Of a DNA stretch of 64,000 bases, positions 10,875 through 21,563 are shown in pieces. A program made the translations under genes and the position numbers. Each line of letters opens with the position of its first letter. Position 1 is the first letter of the stretch. The notes beneath the pieces are model-generated. The model made no database searches, was not told where the DNA came from, and worked only from the letters and a program-made list of their open reading frames with translations. Location: the sequence record SRR2962707_440. One strand, written 5' to 3'.

Positions 10875-11756
10875 ATGATGCGCCCTGCCTTTAACATCGA
10901 ATTGACTGAAAAAGTGGTGCGAAACAGCGACTATGAAAAAATCGCGACCGTCATTTCGATGATTAGCGAAAATTACCGCGAGCAGCCTTCGCTCAATGAA
11001 TTGGCATCTAATGTGGGGATGGAAGCAACCGCGTTGCAAAAACTCTTCACCCGCTGGGCCGGTCTTTCGCCAAAGGCGTTTCTGCAGGCAGTGACCATAG
11101 ACCATGCACGGCGCTTATTGGCGGCCGATCTTCCCCTGCTTGATACGGCTTACGAGCTTGGTCTGTCTGGCCCAAGCCGCCTGCACGATCTTTTTGTGAC
11201 CCATGAGGCCATGTCACCCGGTGAAATGAAGTCGGGCGGCGCTGGTCTCACGATTCGCTATGGGTTTCACGTCTGCCCATTTGGTCTTGCGCTCATTATG
11301 GTGACAGAGCGCGGCCTTGCGGGGCTGGCATTTTGTGATGCAGGCGATGAACGCACAGCCTTTGACGATATGGCCAATCGGTGGAAGTTTGCTCGCTTTG
11401 AAGAAGATATGGCGGCAACTGCGCTTTATGCGGCGCGTATTTTTGATCCTGCAAAATGGCGCGCTGACCAGCCACTTCAGATTGTGTTTATCGGCACCGA
11501 CTTTCAGATTGATGTGTGGCAAGCACTGTTAAAAATCCCGATGGGCAAAGCGCTGCCCTATAGCCAAATTGCTCAAGATATCGGCCGGCCCAAAGCATCG
11601 CGGGCCGTGGGCGCTGCTGTGGGAGCTAATCCGATTTCGTTTGTCGTGCCGTGCCACCGCGCCATGGGAAAATCCGGTGCGCTGACGGGTTATCATTGGG
11701 GTTTAACGCGCAAACGCGCCATGCTTGGCTGGGAAGCAGGGCAGGTTTCGGGCTAA
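10875..11756 (+). CDS. AraC-HTH / methylated-DNA-protein-cysteine methyltransferase (Ada/Ogt-like)
   Basis: FTRWAGLSPK HTH region, GTDFQ..VW, RAVGAAVGANP, PCHR active site; no N-terminal Zn-Ada domain visible. Confidence 0.9.
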   Translation: MMRPAFNIELTEKVVRNSDYEKIATVISMISENYREQPSLNELASNVGMEATALQKLFTRWAGLSPKAFLQAVTIDHARRLLAADLPLLDTAYELGLSGPSRLHDLFVTHEAMSPGEMKSGGAGLTIRYGFHVCPFGLALIMVTERGLAGLAFCDAGDERTAFDDMANRWKFARFEEDMAATALYAARIFDPAKWRADQPLQIVFIGTDFQIDVWQALLKIPMGKALPYSQIAQDIGRPKASRAVGAAVGANPISFVVPCHRAMGKSGALTGYHWGLTRKRAMLGWEAGQVSG

Positions 11757-12064
11757 ACAGCCAGATCAAAAACTAAAATTCCGTCAATGCCGTTTTCACA
11801 AAGAGACACTAATTGGGGCCCAACTGTTTGGTGTTCATCATCTGCTAAATAGGCATCGCGAAACGCAGCGCTTTCAAAGTCGATCAAAAAACCGTCTTTG
11901 TGTCCCTTGTCCAGATTCTCAGGACTGGCATTTACGCCAGACCTGAAATTTGATGCGCCAGTCAAACGATCTGTAATTGCGGACAATTTTTCATAGACCG
12001 CGATGACGGCAACATCGCTGACACCGGCATCACGCTTGAAGAACACACAATGTGTTATTGGCAT
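11753..12064 (-). CDS. Dabb (stress-responsive A/B barrel) family protein
   Basis: ITHCVFFK, G.N.SPE, GF..DF, RDAYL..DEHQ. Confidence 0.8.
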   Translation of the reverse strand: MPITHCVFFKRDAGVSDVAVIAVYEKLSAITDRLTGASNFRSGVNASPENLDKGHKDGFLIDFESAAFRDAYLADDEHQTVGPQLVSLCENGIDGILVFDLAV

Positions 12065-12706
12065 TTAGTGCGCACCGCTCATATCGCCCAAAACCTCTTT
12101 AGAGGCGACGGTCGAATCGGGATTGAGCTCATACACAATAGGCACACCTGTGCCCAAATTCAGAGAGAGAATTGATTCTTTATCCATGCGGTCAAGCACC
12201 ATGATTAGTGCGCGCAACGAGTTACCATGGGCGGCAACAAGCACTGTTTCGCCCTTTAGAACGCGCGGTAAAATGTCCGTCATGAAATACGGCCAAACGC
12301 GCGCGCCGGTATCGCGCAGGCTTTCGCCTTCTTCACCTGGCGGCGGCACATCATAAGAACGACGCCAAATATGAACCTGTTCTTCGCCCCATTTTTCGCG
12401 GGCATCATCTTTGTTTAGACCGGCAAGGTCACCATAATTGCGCTCATTGAGTGCTTGATTGTGGATGGTTTCCAGATCGGATTGGCCAACGCCATCAAGG
12501 ATCATCTGGCAGGTTTTTTCGGCGCGCTGCAAAACAGAAGTGAAAGCGATATCGAATTTAAGGCCTTTTTCGCTTAGCACTTTGCCCGCTTCGATGGCCT
12601 CTTCAACACCTTGTTCTGTTAGATCAGGATCTTTCCAGCCGGTAAAAAGATTGAGTTTGTTCCATTCGCTTTGGCCATGACGCACAAGCACAAGTTTACC
12701 TGACAT
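12065..12706 (-). CDS. gpmA: 2,3-BPG-dependent phosphoglycerate mutase
   Basis: [29 protein letters not shown]. Confidence 0.96.
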   Translation of the reverse strand: MSGKLVLVRHGQSEWNKLNLFTGWKDPDLTEQGVEEAIEAGKVLSEKGLKFDIAFTSVLQRAEKTCQMILDGVGQSDLETIHNQALNERNYGDLAGLNKDDAREKWGEEQVHIWRRSYDVPPPGEEGESLRDTGARVWPYFMTDILPRVLKGETVLVAAHGNSLRALIMVLDRMDKESILSLNLGTGVPIVYELNPDSTVASKEVLGDMSGAH

Positions 12707-12728
12707 AAGAGTCTCCCTATCTGATCGT

Positions 12729-13547
12729 TTAATCGTTCAATCCAAGCACATCGCGCATGGAATAAAGTCCCGGTTTTTGGCCTGCGGCCCAAATTGCTGC
12801 GCTGATCGCGCCGCGTGCAAAAATGCTTCTGTCTTCTGCGTGATGCGAAAGCGTGATCCGTTCACCTTGGCCTGCAAACATAACAGTATGATCGCCCACA
12901 ACCGAGCCACCACGCATCGATGCAAAGCCTATTGTGCCATCTTCGCGTGCTCCGGTATGACCATCGCGTGCGCGCGCTGAATGATCTGCTAGATTAATGC
13001 CGCGGCCATCAGCTGCCGCATCACCCAAAAGCAATGCTGTGCCAGAAGGCGCATCGACTTTATGCTTGTGATGCATTTCTAATACTTCGATATCCCAGCC
13101 AGATGCGTCCAGTGCTTTAGCCGCTTTTTCAACCAGAACCGCGAGCATAATAACACCAAGCGACATATTGCCGGATTTCATAATCACAGCTTTTTTTGCG
13201 TAATCTGCAATGGTTTTATCTTGGTCGTCGCTCATACCCGTTGTGCCAATAATATGTGCGATGCCGTGTTCGGCAGCATATTTAGCAAAACCAAGTGTCG
13301 CTTCAGGCGCTGTAAAATCGACGATAACATCAGCGCCATCAAATGCTGCATCGGTATCGGCAGTGATAATAATTTTGTTTTCGCCAATACCAGCCAACAG
13401 GCCAGCATCTGCGCCAATTTCTTTAGCGCCTTCGCGCTCAAGCGCGCCAGACAAAGTGGCTTTAGAGTTTTCTGCAATTGCCGAAATGAGCGCGCGTCCC
13501 ATACGGCCCGATGCACCAACAACAGCGATGTTTATTTGCGTAGACAT
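12729..13547 (-). CDS. dapB: 4-hydroxy-tetrahydrodipicolinate reductase
   Basis: [29 protein letters not shown]. Confidence 0.97.
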   Translation of the reverse strand: MSTQINIAVVGASGRMGRALISAIAENSKATLSGALEREGAKEIGADAGLLAGIGENKIIITADTDAAFDGADVIVDFTAPEATLGFAKYAAEHGIAHIIGTTGMSDDQDKTIADYAKKAVIMKSGNMSLGVIMLAVLVEKAAKALDASGWDIEVLEMHHKHKVDAPSGTALLLGDAAADGRGINLADHSARARDGHTGAREDGTIGFASMRGGSVVGDHTVMFAGQGERITLSHHAEDRSIFARGAISAAIWAAGQKPGLYSMRDVLGLND

Positions 13548-13555
13548 ATGATTTC

Positions 13556-15343
13556 CTAGCTTGCGCCCAAATTCAGCTGATTGAAGCGAGCATACATGCC
13601 TTTTTCCAGTTTTATCAAATCTGCATGTGTGCCTGTTTCGATCACTTGACCATTATCAATGACCACAATCTTATCGGCATTGACGACAGTTGAAAGGCGG
13701 TGAGCAATCACAATGGTTGTGCGGCCAATCATAACCTTATCAAGTGCTTCCTGCACCAGTTTTTCCGATTCATTATCAAGCGCTGATGTTGCCTCATCGA
13801 GCAAAAGAATAGGCGCATTACGCACGATAGCGCGCGCGATGGAGACACGCTGGCGCTGCCCGCCAGACAATGTAATGCCGTTTTCACCGACGGGCGTGTC
13901 ATAGCCAAATTGCAGTGTCGAAATAAAATCATGCGCATTTGCTAGCTTCGCAGCTTCAATGATGTCTTCATCGGTCGCATCAGGGCGGCCATAACGAATG
14001 TTATCTTTGATCGTGCCTTCAAATAGATAGGCTTGCTGGGACACGTAAGCCATTTGACCGCGCAATGACGCTTTTGTCACTTGTCCAATGTCTTGTCCGT
14101 CTATGGTCACAACGCCAGAGGCGGGGTCATAGAAGCGCTGCAACAATGAAATGATTGTCGATTTACCTGCGCCCGATGGACCAACTAATGCGGTCGTTTG
14201 ATGGCTTTTTGCAGTAAAACTCAAACCATTGAGAACTCGAATATTATCGCCGTAATCAAAATTCACATTGTCAAAAATGATCTCGCCGCTGTTCACATTC
14301 AGAGCAACAGCATTATCCACATCGCGCTGTGTATCGGGCAAATCGAGGATTTCATAGATCATCCGCGCATTCACCATCGCGTGCTCTAAAGTCACCTTTA
14401 GGCGCGCCAATCGTTTTGCCGGATCATAAGCAAGAAGCAATGCCGTCACGAATGCAAACATGCCACCTGGCGGTTGTTCCAGATTAATCGCACGAAAGCC
14501 GCCATAGGCAATAGCGCCCGCAACGGCAAAACCGGCGATAATTTCTGAAATCGGCGATACACGCTCTGAAATCGCGGTCAACTTGTTGCTGCGCTCTTTG
14601 GCATGATTGATAATTTGGTCTAAGCGCTCTTTTAGCTGACTTTCCATCGTGAATGCTTTGACGATGGTAACGCCCTGCATCGCTTCTTGGATGGTGCCGA
14701 TAACCCGCGCATTGAGTTTAACCGTTTCGCGCACGACAGGGCGCACACGCTTAGAAACATAGGTGACGCCGAGAAATAGAACGGGCCCAACAAAAAGTGT
14801 AATGAGCGATAGCACCGCATCTTGCGTAAACATCACAGCAACAAGGCCAATGAGCGTTACAAAATCACGGGCAAAGCCTGTAATCGTCGAAGACAGAACT
14901 GTGCGGATACCGTCGATATTCTGACCAATTTGTGCGGCCAGCTGGCCGGAACGGTTGGTATGGAAAAAGCCAATGCCTGAATCCATCAATTTGCTAAATA
15001 CGCGGCTTTGATAGCTGGCGACTAGATCATTTCCAATTCTGGCCATTGTGGTTGCTTGGAAATACATCGCCAATGCACGGATCGTAAACGATCCCATGAT
15101 TGCTAAGGTGATGTAAATGATCAGATCTTCGCGCCGGCGATAAAAAATTTCATCGATGACATCGCGCATAATCCACGCGGTAAAAGCTGTCGTGACTGCA
15201 ATTATCAGCAAACAGATGATCGAAAAAATATAAAGCTTTGTATATTTATAGCCATTTTCACGATAGATCCGCTTAATCATCGCGATGACATCGTTGCCAA
15301 GACTGACAACATTTGTTTCGTTAGTTATTTGAGAATCGCTCAC
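13556..15343 (-). CDS. MsbA-like ABC exporter (fused permease/ATPase)
   Basis: N-terminal TM domain, [34 protein letters not shown]. Confidence 0.9.
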   Translation of the reverse strand: MSDSQITNETNVVSLGNDVIAMIKRIYRENGYKYTKLYIFSIICLLIIAVTTAFTAWIMRDVIDEIFYRRREDLIIYITLAIMGSFTIRALAMYFQATTMARIGNDLVASYQSRVFSKLMDSGIGFFHTNRSGQLAAQIGQNIDGIRTVLSSTITGFARDFVTLIGLVAVMFTQDAVLSLITLFVGPVLFLGVTYVSKRVRPVVRETVKLNARVIGTIQEAMQGVTIVKAFTMESQLKERLDQIINHAKERSNKLTAISERVSPISEIIAGFAVAGAIAYGGFRAINLEQPPGGMFAFVTALLLAYDPAKRLARLKVTLEHAMVNARMIYEILDLPDTQRDVDNAVALNVNSGEIIFDNVNFDYGDNIRVLNGLSFTAKSHQTTALVGPSGAGKSTIISLLQRFYDPASGVVTIDGQDIGQVTKASLRGQMAYVSQQAYLFEGTIKDNIRYGRPDATDEDIIEAAKLANAHDFISTLQFGYDTPVGENGITLSGGQRQRVSIARAIVRNAPILLLDEATSALDNESEKLVQEALDKVMIGRTTIVIAHRLSTVVNADKIVVIDNGQVIETGTHADLIKLEKGMYARFNQLNLGAS

Positions 15344-15470
15344 ACTAAATACCTAAATTCTTCAGCTTCATTCAAAGCTCAATTGCGCACCTATAGCGGA
15401 TAGGGTTTGAAAAAAACAGCAATGATTGAATTTGTTTGGTCTGATTTAGATCACACCCACACTCACGCAG

Positions 15471-16493
15471 TTATTGCCAATGTCTTCCATCCAAGGATAC
15501 CGCAAAATGCGACGGTTCGCTGGCATAAGCGGCTAATCCCACGAGCGGCGCTTGTTCGTGTAAAATCGCAAAAGTAGGCATTTGAGATAAGATATCAGCA
15601 TGCGGTTCTTTGTTTTCAAACCCTGCGCGAAAACTCTCTTCATCAAAAATTGAAAGGATTTTCTGGGTTATGCCGCCGGTCAAATAAACGCCGCCACGGG
15701 CCATAAACACCAAGGCTAAATCGCCCGCTACACGGCCTAAATATTCGCAGAACAATGACATTGTTTCTGAGGCTATTGCGTCATTTCCATCGATTGCAGC
15801 GGCGGTGACTTTTTCAGGACTATCTAATTTTGGCTTGACACCGCTTGCCTTGGCAACGGCTTGATAAAGATTGACCAAGCCACGACCACACAGGATTTGC
15901 TCGCCCGATACACGGCCACCGATGCGTTCTAAATGCTGAAAGATTGCATCATCGCGCTCAGTGCGTGGTCCCATATCAACATGGCCGCCCTCACCCGCGA
16001 TTGGTATCCAGCTGCCAGCTGCATGGACTAATCCTGCCACACCAAGACCAGTGCCCGGTCCGATCACAACGCAGTTTGCATTCTCATCTCTGGTCCCGCC
16101 GCCGATTTTTTGCAATTGCGTCTTATCCAGCGCTATCACGGCCAACGCCTGCGCCTCATAATCATTAAGAACGACAACGTCTTGAAAATCAAAAGCGGCT
16201 ATCAATGTTTTTGGCTTAACAACCCAATGGTTATTGGTCAAATCAATTTCATCACCATCAATAGGGCCAGCAATGGCTAAAACAGCAGCGCAAGGTCTGT
16301 GCTCTGTCTTGTCCAGAACGCTTGCCTTTATCGCATCATCAATCGTGTCAAAATCGGCCGTTTTAACGGTAGCAAAAAACACCGGCTGGCTTTCGCCCTC
16401 AGCAATAATGGCGAAACGGGCATTGGTGCCGCCAATATCTGCGATCAAAATGGGAAAACTTAGGCTTAACTGGTGGGCTTTATCGTTAAACAT
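15471..16493 (-). CDS. glk: Glucokinase
   Basis: [32 protein letters not shown]. Confidence 0.95.
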   Translation of the reverse strand: MFNDKAHQLSLSFPILIADIGGTNARFAIIAEGESQPVFFATVKTADFDTIDDAIKASVLDKTEHRPCAAVLAIAGPIDGDEIDLTNNHWVVKPKTLIAAFDFQDVVVLNDYEAQALAVIALDKTQLQKIGGGTRDENANCVVIGPGTGLGVAGLVHAAGSWIPIAGEGGHVDMGPRTERDDAIFQHLERIGGRVSGEQILCGRGLVNLYQAVAKASGVKPKLDSPEKVTAAAIDGNDAIASETMSLFCEYLGRVAGDLALVFMARGGVYLTGGITQKILSIFDEESFRAGFENKEPHADILSQMPTFAILHEQAPLVGLAAYASEPSHFAVSLDGRHWQ

Positions 16494-16896
16494 TAGCGGG
16501 TCCGTCAAAGCTGGCCACAAAATTTCTCAGCAAAAGCTCTGAGGTCGCGCGATTAAGCGCCATCGGCAAATCATAAACAATCGCCAGACGCATGAGCGCT
16601 TTTACGTCAACATCGTGGGGCATTGGTGTTAGCGGATCGACGAAGAATATAAGCCCGTCGACATTGCCTTCTGCAATCAGCCCGCCAATTTGTTGGTCGC
16701 CGCCAAGTGGCCCGCTTTTAAGCGGGGTTAAATCAAGATCAGGATGCACATCCAAAATACGCCCACCCGTCGTGCCTGTCGAAAAAAGCTTGCACTTTGA
16801 AAACTGATCAATATGGCGAGAAACAAAGGCGACAAGGTCGTCTTTCTTTTGGTCATGGGCGATCAACGCGATTGTCGGCTTAGATATTTTTGGCAT
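16486..16896 (-). CDS. mgsA: Methylglyoxal synthase
   Basis: [34 protein letters not shown]. Confidence 0.96.
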   Translation of the reverse strand: MPKISKPTIALIAHDQKKDDLVAFVSRHIDQFSKCKLFSTGTTGGRILDVHPDLDLTPLKSGPLGGDQQIGGLIAEGNVDGLIFFVDPLTPMPHDVDVKALMRLAIVYDLPMALNRATSELLLRNFVASFDGPANV

Positions 16897-16909
16897 GTAA
16901 AATACATTC

Positions 16910-16923
16910 TTAAATCGTTTGAA
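16910..16923. promoter_or_regulatory. LacI-type (PckR-like) operator upstream of mgsA-glk
   Basis: TTAAATCGTTTGAA (AAnCGnTT core) between a TTGACC-N16-TATAGG promoter and the mgsA ATG. Confidence 0.55.
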
Positions 16924-16976
16924 TTGCCTATAAAGCAAATTTTACTGCGGTCAAAGCGAGAAAGGACACTTTTAGC

Positions 16977-18014
16977 TTAGTTGGGCCGTGAGCCTGGAAT
17001 TGGCCAATTCACATTTGCTTCTTTTGCAGCCGCGGCTATCGGCGCAGCTGATGGCGTGGCCGACGCAAAAGCAGCCGCTGCATCAAACCCCGGATTAAGC
17101 GTTACCAAATCAGCATTGGCCGGCTGCGGAGCCTGAAGTACAGCCGCGCAGGATTTTGGCAAGTCTGACAATTGCACGACACGCTTTTTCACCGGTTTTG
17201 CATTTGGGTCTTTCTTTTTTGGCTTCGCAGGTGCCCAAGGTTCTGACGTGAACCACCATGCCAATTGTTTGTCACAGCCTGAACCAGCTGGGATTGGCTC
17301 TTGCGGGCGACAATCTTTTGAACCTTCGGGACATTTTATGCGGATATGAAAATGGTAATAATGCCCATAATAGGGGCGCAATTTGCCAAGCCATGTGGCG
17401 TTAGCAGGATCTGAATCATATGTATCGCACATGACTTTCTTGATACCAGGATGGATAAAGATGCGTTGGACTTGGCTGTAACTTGCAGCGCGGCGCAATA
17501 ATTTGCCATGCTCAGGGGTCCAAACCTTTGGATCAACAACCAGGGTTTTGTCTTTAAGCATCGATGTTGCGCTGATCGAGGCCCGCTCCTGTTTCGTCAG
17601 GCGGCGATTTGGCATTTTGGTCAACCAAATATCAGCGTCTAGACCGATTTGGTGTGATGCGTGACCCGTTAGCATTGGGCCACCACGGGGCTGCGAAATG
17701 TCGCCGATAAGCAAGCCTGGCCAACCATCAGCGACCGCATCACGCGAAAATTTTTGTAGCAATGCGATTAAATCTGGATGCCCCCAACGACGATTGCGCT
17801 CTAAGCGCATTGCCTGCCATGTTGGGCCATCGATGGGCATGGCAACAGCGCCTGCAACGCAGCCCTTTGAATAAAAACCATGAACTTCCGGCGCGCTTAA
17901 TGCAGGAAGTGTTGTGTGACCAAACAGTTCTTTAGCAGCGGTTTGCGCAAAAGATGGCGTCGCCAAACACACGACTGTTGCCACGATGAGTGCGGGGCGC
18001 AAATATTTGCGCAT
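16977..18014 (-). CDS. mepA: Penicillin-insensitive murein endopeptidase
   Basis: Signal peptide, G.YSKGC, RNRRWGHP, GDISQPRGG, GHASHQIGLDADIW, HYYHFHIR. Confidence 0.93.
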   Translation of the reverse strand: MRKYLRPALIVATVVCLATPSFAQTAAKELFGHTTLPALSAPEVHGFYSKGCVAGAVAMPIDGPTWQAMRLERNRRWGHPDLIALLQKFSRDAVADGWPGLLIGDISQPRGGPMLTGHASHQIGLDADIWLTKMPNRRLTKQERASISATSMLKDKTLVVDPKVWTPEHGKLLRRAASYSQVQRIFIHPGIKKVMCDTYDSDPANATWLGKLRPYYGHYYHFHIRIKCPEGSKDCRPQEPIPAGSGCDKQLAWWFTSEPWAPAKPKKKDPNAKPVKKRVVQLSDLPKSCAAVLQAPQPANADLVTLNPGFDAAAAFASATPSAAPIAAAAKEANVNWPIPGSRPN

Positions 18015-18139
18015 TGAAAAAAGACCGGATCTTTTAAGCTCAATTGCACGCTTCATTTCATAAGTCTCATCTTAATTGTTCAAACCAAATCACTGTGACA
18101 AGGCTAATTGGAATTCATGGCAGGTCAATAAGCGCGATA

Positions 18140-19957
18140 TTACTCGTCCAATTTAACACGGTAAAGCACCAAAGGATTATTGGCAGTCGCTTCGATCTTC
18201 TCAAGCCAATATGGAGCCGCGTCATGGCGCAGTTTCGCCTGTAGACCGATTGGCGCAGCGTTTAAAAAATCGACCGAATCCGCACTGTTTATACAGTCTG
18301 CAATCAGGGTAACGCCGGTTTTTTTTACAATCATTTTTGCCCGCAAAGGAGACGCAGTCATCGCATCAATCATGGCAAGATTACCAGCGGTATTACGATG
18401 ATAAGGGCCGGCAAGCGCGCGATGATCGGTATGGAACAAAATACTAGCGCCGATGTCCGTTGCGCCCATCACCACGCCGATTTTTTCTTTGCCCAAGGCT
18501 TCGTAAACATCTGCGCCATAACAATAATCGCGAGGCGATGCGCCCGCTGCCTGTTCCTGCAATGTTTGCGTATTTGTCAAATAATGCGCGGCATTAGCCC
18601 CCAATAACCACCAAAATATATTGAGCGATAAAATGCCAAAAACAACCATACTGACAAGCGCAAAAACCCCGCGTGTTTCGTGATAGCGCGCACGTAAATT
18701 GGCCAATACGAAGCTAAGCGGCAATATCGCAAATGGCGCTGCAAACAACATGCCGCGCTGCTGCCACGCTGTAACAGCGATGGCGCTCAATAGCATTGTC
18801 AGACTTAGTGCGGCGGTTTGGCGAATATCACCCTTATTAAAAATCATCATGTACAAGGCGGCCAGTAGGCCCATCACTGGCAACCCAAAAATACCGAAAA
18901 GCGCGAATGGATCATTTTGCCAAAGGTCAATGACTGAGCGTGTTTCGATGACGCCATCGAGCCAGAACTCACGAAGTTTTGGATCAAGTTTTGACAATGG
19001 ATTTGTCTTAAAATCAGGGAAAATATAAAACAATATCAAAGCGATAATGACCGCTAGTAGACCAAGAGCAAATAGTTTTGCGCCCGAACTGTGCGCACGA
19101 TCCGCAATAAGCGCCAAGCCAAAGCCACCGACAACGCATAAGGTGACATGATAGATTGAAAAAGCATCGAAATAGACATCAAAATAATGTGTTGGTCCGA
19201 CCGTGGCAAAAAAGACAACAAGCGCGGCAATAGCGAGCGCATTTCCGAAGGCTCCAGCGGCACCAGAATTAAGCCGACCGAACAAAAAATTGATCGTAAC
19301 CCAAGCGCAGGCTACAGCGACATAGGGCATAGCCTCCATACCGATTGCCAACATTAGCACAGCAATGAAACCTGCCGCGCGGTGCGTGCGCACGCGTTTA
19401 TCACCCGGCACAAGAAATGCGATGAGCCATAGCGCGAGTGCGATCTGTATATTGTGGTGATCGAGCGTCCCTGATCCGAAAACACCAATGGCAAGCAAGG
19501 CGGCGGTCGCAATAATTGTTGCCGGTCCGCGCATGTGCGGACGCATCAGCCGCATGCAGGCAACATTTACCGCAAGAAGGGCAAAAAATAGCGTGATCAT
19601 CGGCCAAATGATCAATGCTGCTTTTTCCGCAATGGGCGCGCTACCCGTAATGAGAAATGTAATCTTATCAATGAGGGCTATCGGCGCATCCACAAGCCGA
19701 GACCAGTGCATTAACGTGCCCCCATCAAGGCCAAGACGGTATTGGGTTAAATCAAACCAGCTTTGCCCTGCCAATAGATCACGCACCATGACCAAACGCA
19801 TGAGATCATCAGAGTTTGGAATTCCGAGCGGGCTGAATAAACTCATTGCCGTAATCAGCAATGTTCCAAACAGCGCTAACTGCAACGAGACGCCGCGCGA
19901 AAACCATTTTGGCCGCTTGCTTGGAGCTACTTGCGTCAATTGCGGGTCATTTTCCAT
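18140..19957 (-). CDS. Multi-TM GT-C-like glycosyltransferase with AglB/STT3-like motifs (uncharacterised)
   Basis: About 13 hydrophobic segments plus soluble C-domain; NSDDLMRL, G.LDHH, VIE, WQQR, ATDIG...AGPYH; divergent from GT2 and gtrA. ORF is solid, function is inferred. Confidence 0.65.
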   Translation of the reverse strand: MENDPQLTQVAPSKRPKWFSRGVSLQLALFGTLLITAMSLFSPLGIPNSDDLMRLVMVRDLLAGQSWFDLTQYRLGLDGGTLMHWSRLVDAPIALIDKITFLITGSAPIAEKAALIIWPMITLFFALLAVNVACMRLMRPHMRGPATIIATAALLAIGVFGSGTLDHHNIQIALALWLIAFLVPGDKRVRTHRAAGFIAVLMLAIGMEAMPYVAVACAWVTINFLFGRLNSGAAGAFGNALAIAALVVFFATVGPTHYFDVYFDAFSIYHVTLCVVGGFGLALIADRAHSSGAKLFALGLLAVIIALILFYIFPDFKTNPLSKLDPKLREFWLDGVIETRSVIDLWQNDPFALFGIFGLPVMGLLAALYMMIFNKGDIRQTAALSLTMLLSAIAVTAWQQRGMLFAAPFAILPLSFVLANLRARYHETRGVFALVSMVVFGILSLNIFWWLLGANAAHYLTNTQTLQEQAAGASPRDYCYGADVYEALGKEKIGVVMGATDIGASILFHTDHRALAGPYHRNTAGNLAMIDAMTASPLRAKMIVKKTGVTLIADCINSADSVDFLNAAPIGLQAKLRHDAAPYWLEKIEATANNPLVLYRVKLDE

Positions 19958-20065
19958 ATTTTTTGCTCATATCGGCATCAATTCGCGCAAAATTTTACGC
20001 AATAGCAACGCAAACTTAACCTGATCACGAAAGAGTAACAAGCAATCCAGTGGAGGTTGAAAAAT

Positions 20066-21160
20066 ATGCGCCGCCGTCGCCAAGACCTAGAGAAAAATGG
20101 CATACAGAGCCAATGGGCTATGTATGATATCGCTATTTTATTGCCCTGCTACAACGAAGCCCACACGATTGGCGATGTCGTCAGACGGTTTAAATCTGCG
20201 CTGCCAGATGCTGCGGTTTACGTTTATGACAACAACTCTAGCGACCAAACGGCAATTCGCGCGCGCCTTGCTGGCGCAATTGTGGTGCCTGAGCGCCGTC
20301 AGGGTAAGGGCCATGTTGTTCGCCGCATGTTTGCCGATATTGACGCTGATATCTATATTATGGCCGATGGCGATGGCACTTATATGCCAGAAGAAGCACC
20401 GAACTTGATCAATACTTTGATTTGTGAACGTGCCGATATGGTTGTCGGCACCCGCGCAGGCATCACCGATGATGCAGGACGCGCCGGCCACGCATGGGGA
20501 AATCGTTTGTTTAATGCGATTTACAAGCGCGTTTTTGGCAATGATTTTTCAGATATTTTGTCGGGTTATCGCGCCTTTACACGCCGCTATGTTAAAAGCT
20601 TTCCAGCTATTTCGGGTGGTTTTGAGATTGAAACCGAGATGTCGGTCCATGCGGGTCAGCTGAAATTGCCGATTGCAGAGATTGAACTTAATTACGGCCG
20701 TCGACCGGAAGGTTCGCAGTCAAAGCTCTCTACTTTCAAAGATGGCGCGCGCATTTTATTCATGATCGCCCGGCTGATGAAAGAGACACAACCACTGCGC
20801 TTCTTTGGCCTCATTTCAGCAGCTTTGTTTATAACAAGTTTGGTCTTTATGGCGGTGCCTTTTTATGAGTTTTTCACCACCGGTCTTGTCTCTAGGATGC
20901 CGACGTGGGTTGGATCGATTGGGATTTTGTTGCTGGCGACACTTTCGCTCGTCTGCGGCTTGATCCTTCAGTCTGTTGCCGCTGGCCGCGCAGAGCATAA
21001 ACGCATGGTTTATTTGAACCAGCTGCCACGACGCGGCGAAATGCGCCCAGCGCGCAGCTATGATGCGGCGAGACAACGCAAAGGCCTGCCGAGGATTGAC
21101 GCGCCTTCCATTGAGCCAACTCTAAAGGACTTGTTGAAAACAGAGAAGTTTCGTAAGTAG
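20066..21160 (+). CDS. GT2 polyprenol-phosphate glycosyltransferase (DPM1/GtrB-like)
   Basis: LLPCYNE, YDNNSSD, QGKG, DGDGTY (DxD), DILSGYR, FEIETE, two C-terminal TM helices; GGAGG 9 nt before ATG 20066 (ATG 20120 is an alternative). Confidence 0.88.
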   Translation: MRRRRQDLEKNGIQSQWAMYDIAILLPCYNEAHTIGDVVRRFKSALPDAAVYVYDNNSSDQTAIRARLAGAIVVPERRQGKGHVVRRMFADIDADIYIMADGDGTYMPEEAPNLINTLICERADMVVGTRAGITDDAGRAGHAWGNRLFNAIYKRVFGNDFSDILSGYRAFTRRYVKSFPAISGGFEIETEMSVHAGQLKLPIAEIELNYGRRPEGSQSKLSTFKDGARILFMIARLMKETQPLRFFGLISAALFITSLVFMAVPFYEFFTTGLVSRMPTWVGSIGILLLATLSLVCGLILQSVAAGRAEHKRMVYLNQLPRRGEMRPARSYDAARQRKGLPRIDAPSIEPTLKDLLKTEKFRK

Positions 21161-21166
21161 CTGCGC

Positions 21167-21562
21167 ATGTTCTCAAGTGCAAAATTTAAAAAACTTTTCT
21201 CATTTGCAGTCGCTGGCGGAAGCGGGATGATCGTTGATTTGAGCGTTTTGCGCTTGATGATTGAATTGTTCGGCTTGACGCCTTTTGTTGCCCGTATTCC
21301 GGCTATTGGCGCAGCCATGCTAACGACTTGGTTTATCAATCGCACCTTCACATTCGGCGCATCGGGCCGCTCAATTGGTAGTGAAGGTCTTCGTTATTTT
21401 GCCGTCGCGCTGGCGGGTGCATTTTTAAATTATGCGATTTATTCGGGCATATTGCTGATTACGCCCGATTGGTTTTTGCCAGAATTTGCGACGATTCTCG
21501 CTGTGGGAATCGTCACAATATTTTCATATGTCGGCTATTCGCAGCTGGTGTTTAAGAAATAG
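21167..21562 (+). CDS. GtrA-family small flippase
   Basis: 131 aa, four TM segments, FAVAGG.G..VD, W.INR.FTF, RYF, ends LVFKK. Confidence 0.88.
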   Translation: MFSSAKFKKLFSFAVAGGSGMIVDLSVLRLMIELFGLTPFVARIPAIGAAMLTTWFINRTFTFGASGRSIGSEGLRYFAVALAGAFLNYAIYSGILLITPDWFLPEFATILAVGIVTIFSYVGYSQLVFKK

Positions 21563-21563
21563 C

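Noticed and set aside
13556-15343. MsbA-like exporter as a PglK-type flippase for the OST-like cassette
   Set aside because: It sits within the glk-dapB housekeeping run, and the cassette has its own GtrA flippase
20097-20408. Out-of-frame ORF MAYRANGL suggesting a frameshifted GT2 start
   Set aside because: An in-frame ATG at 20066 with a GGAGG SD explains the gene without a frameshift
18140-21562. Prophage-borne serotype-conversion gtrABC origin
   Set aside because: No integrase, tRNA, att-like repeat or phage gene nearby, and composition looks like the flanks by eye
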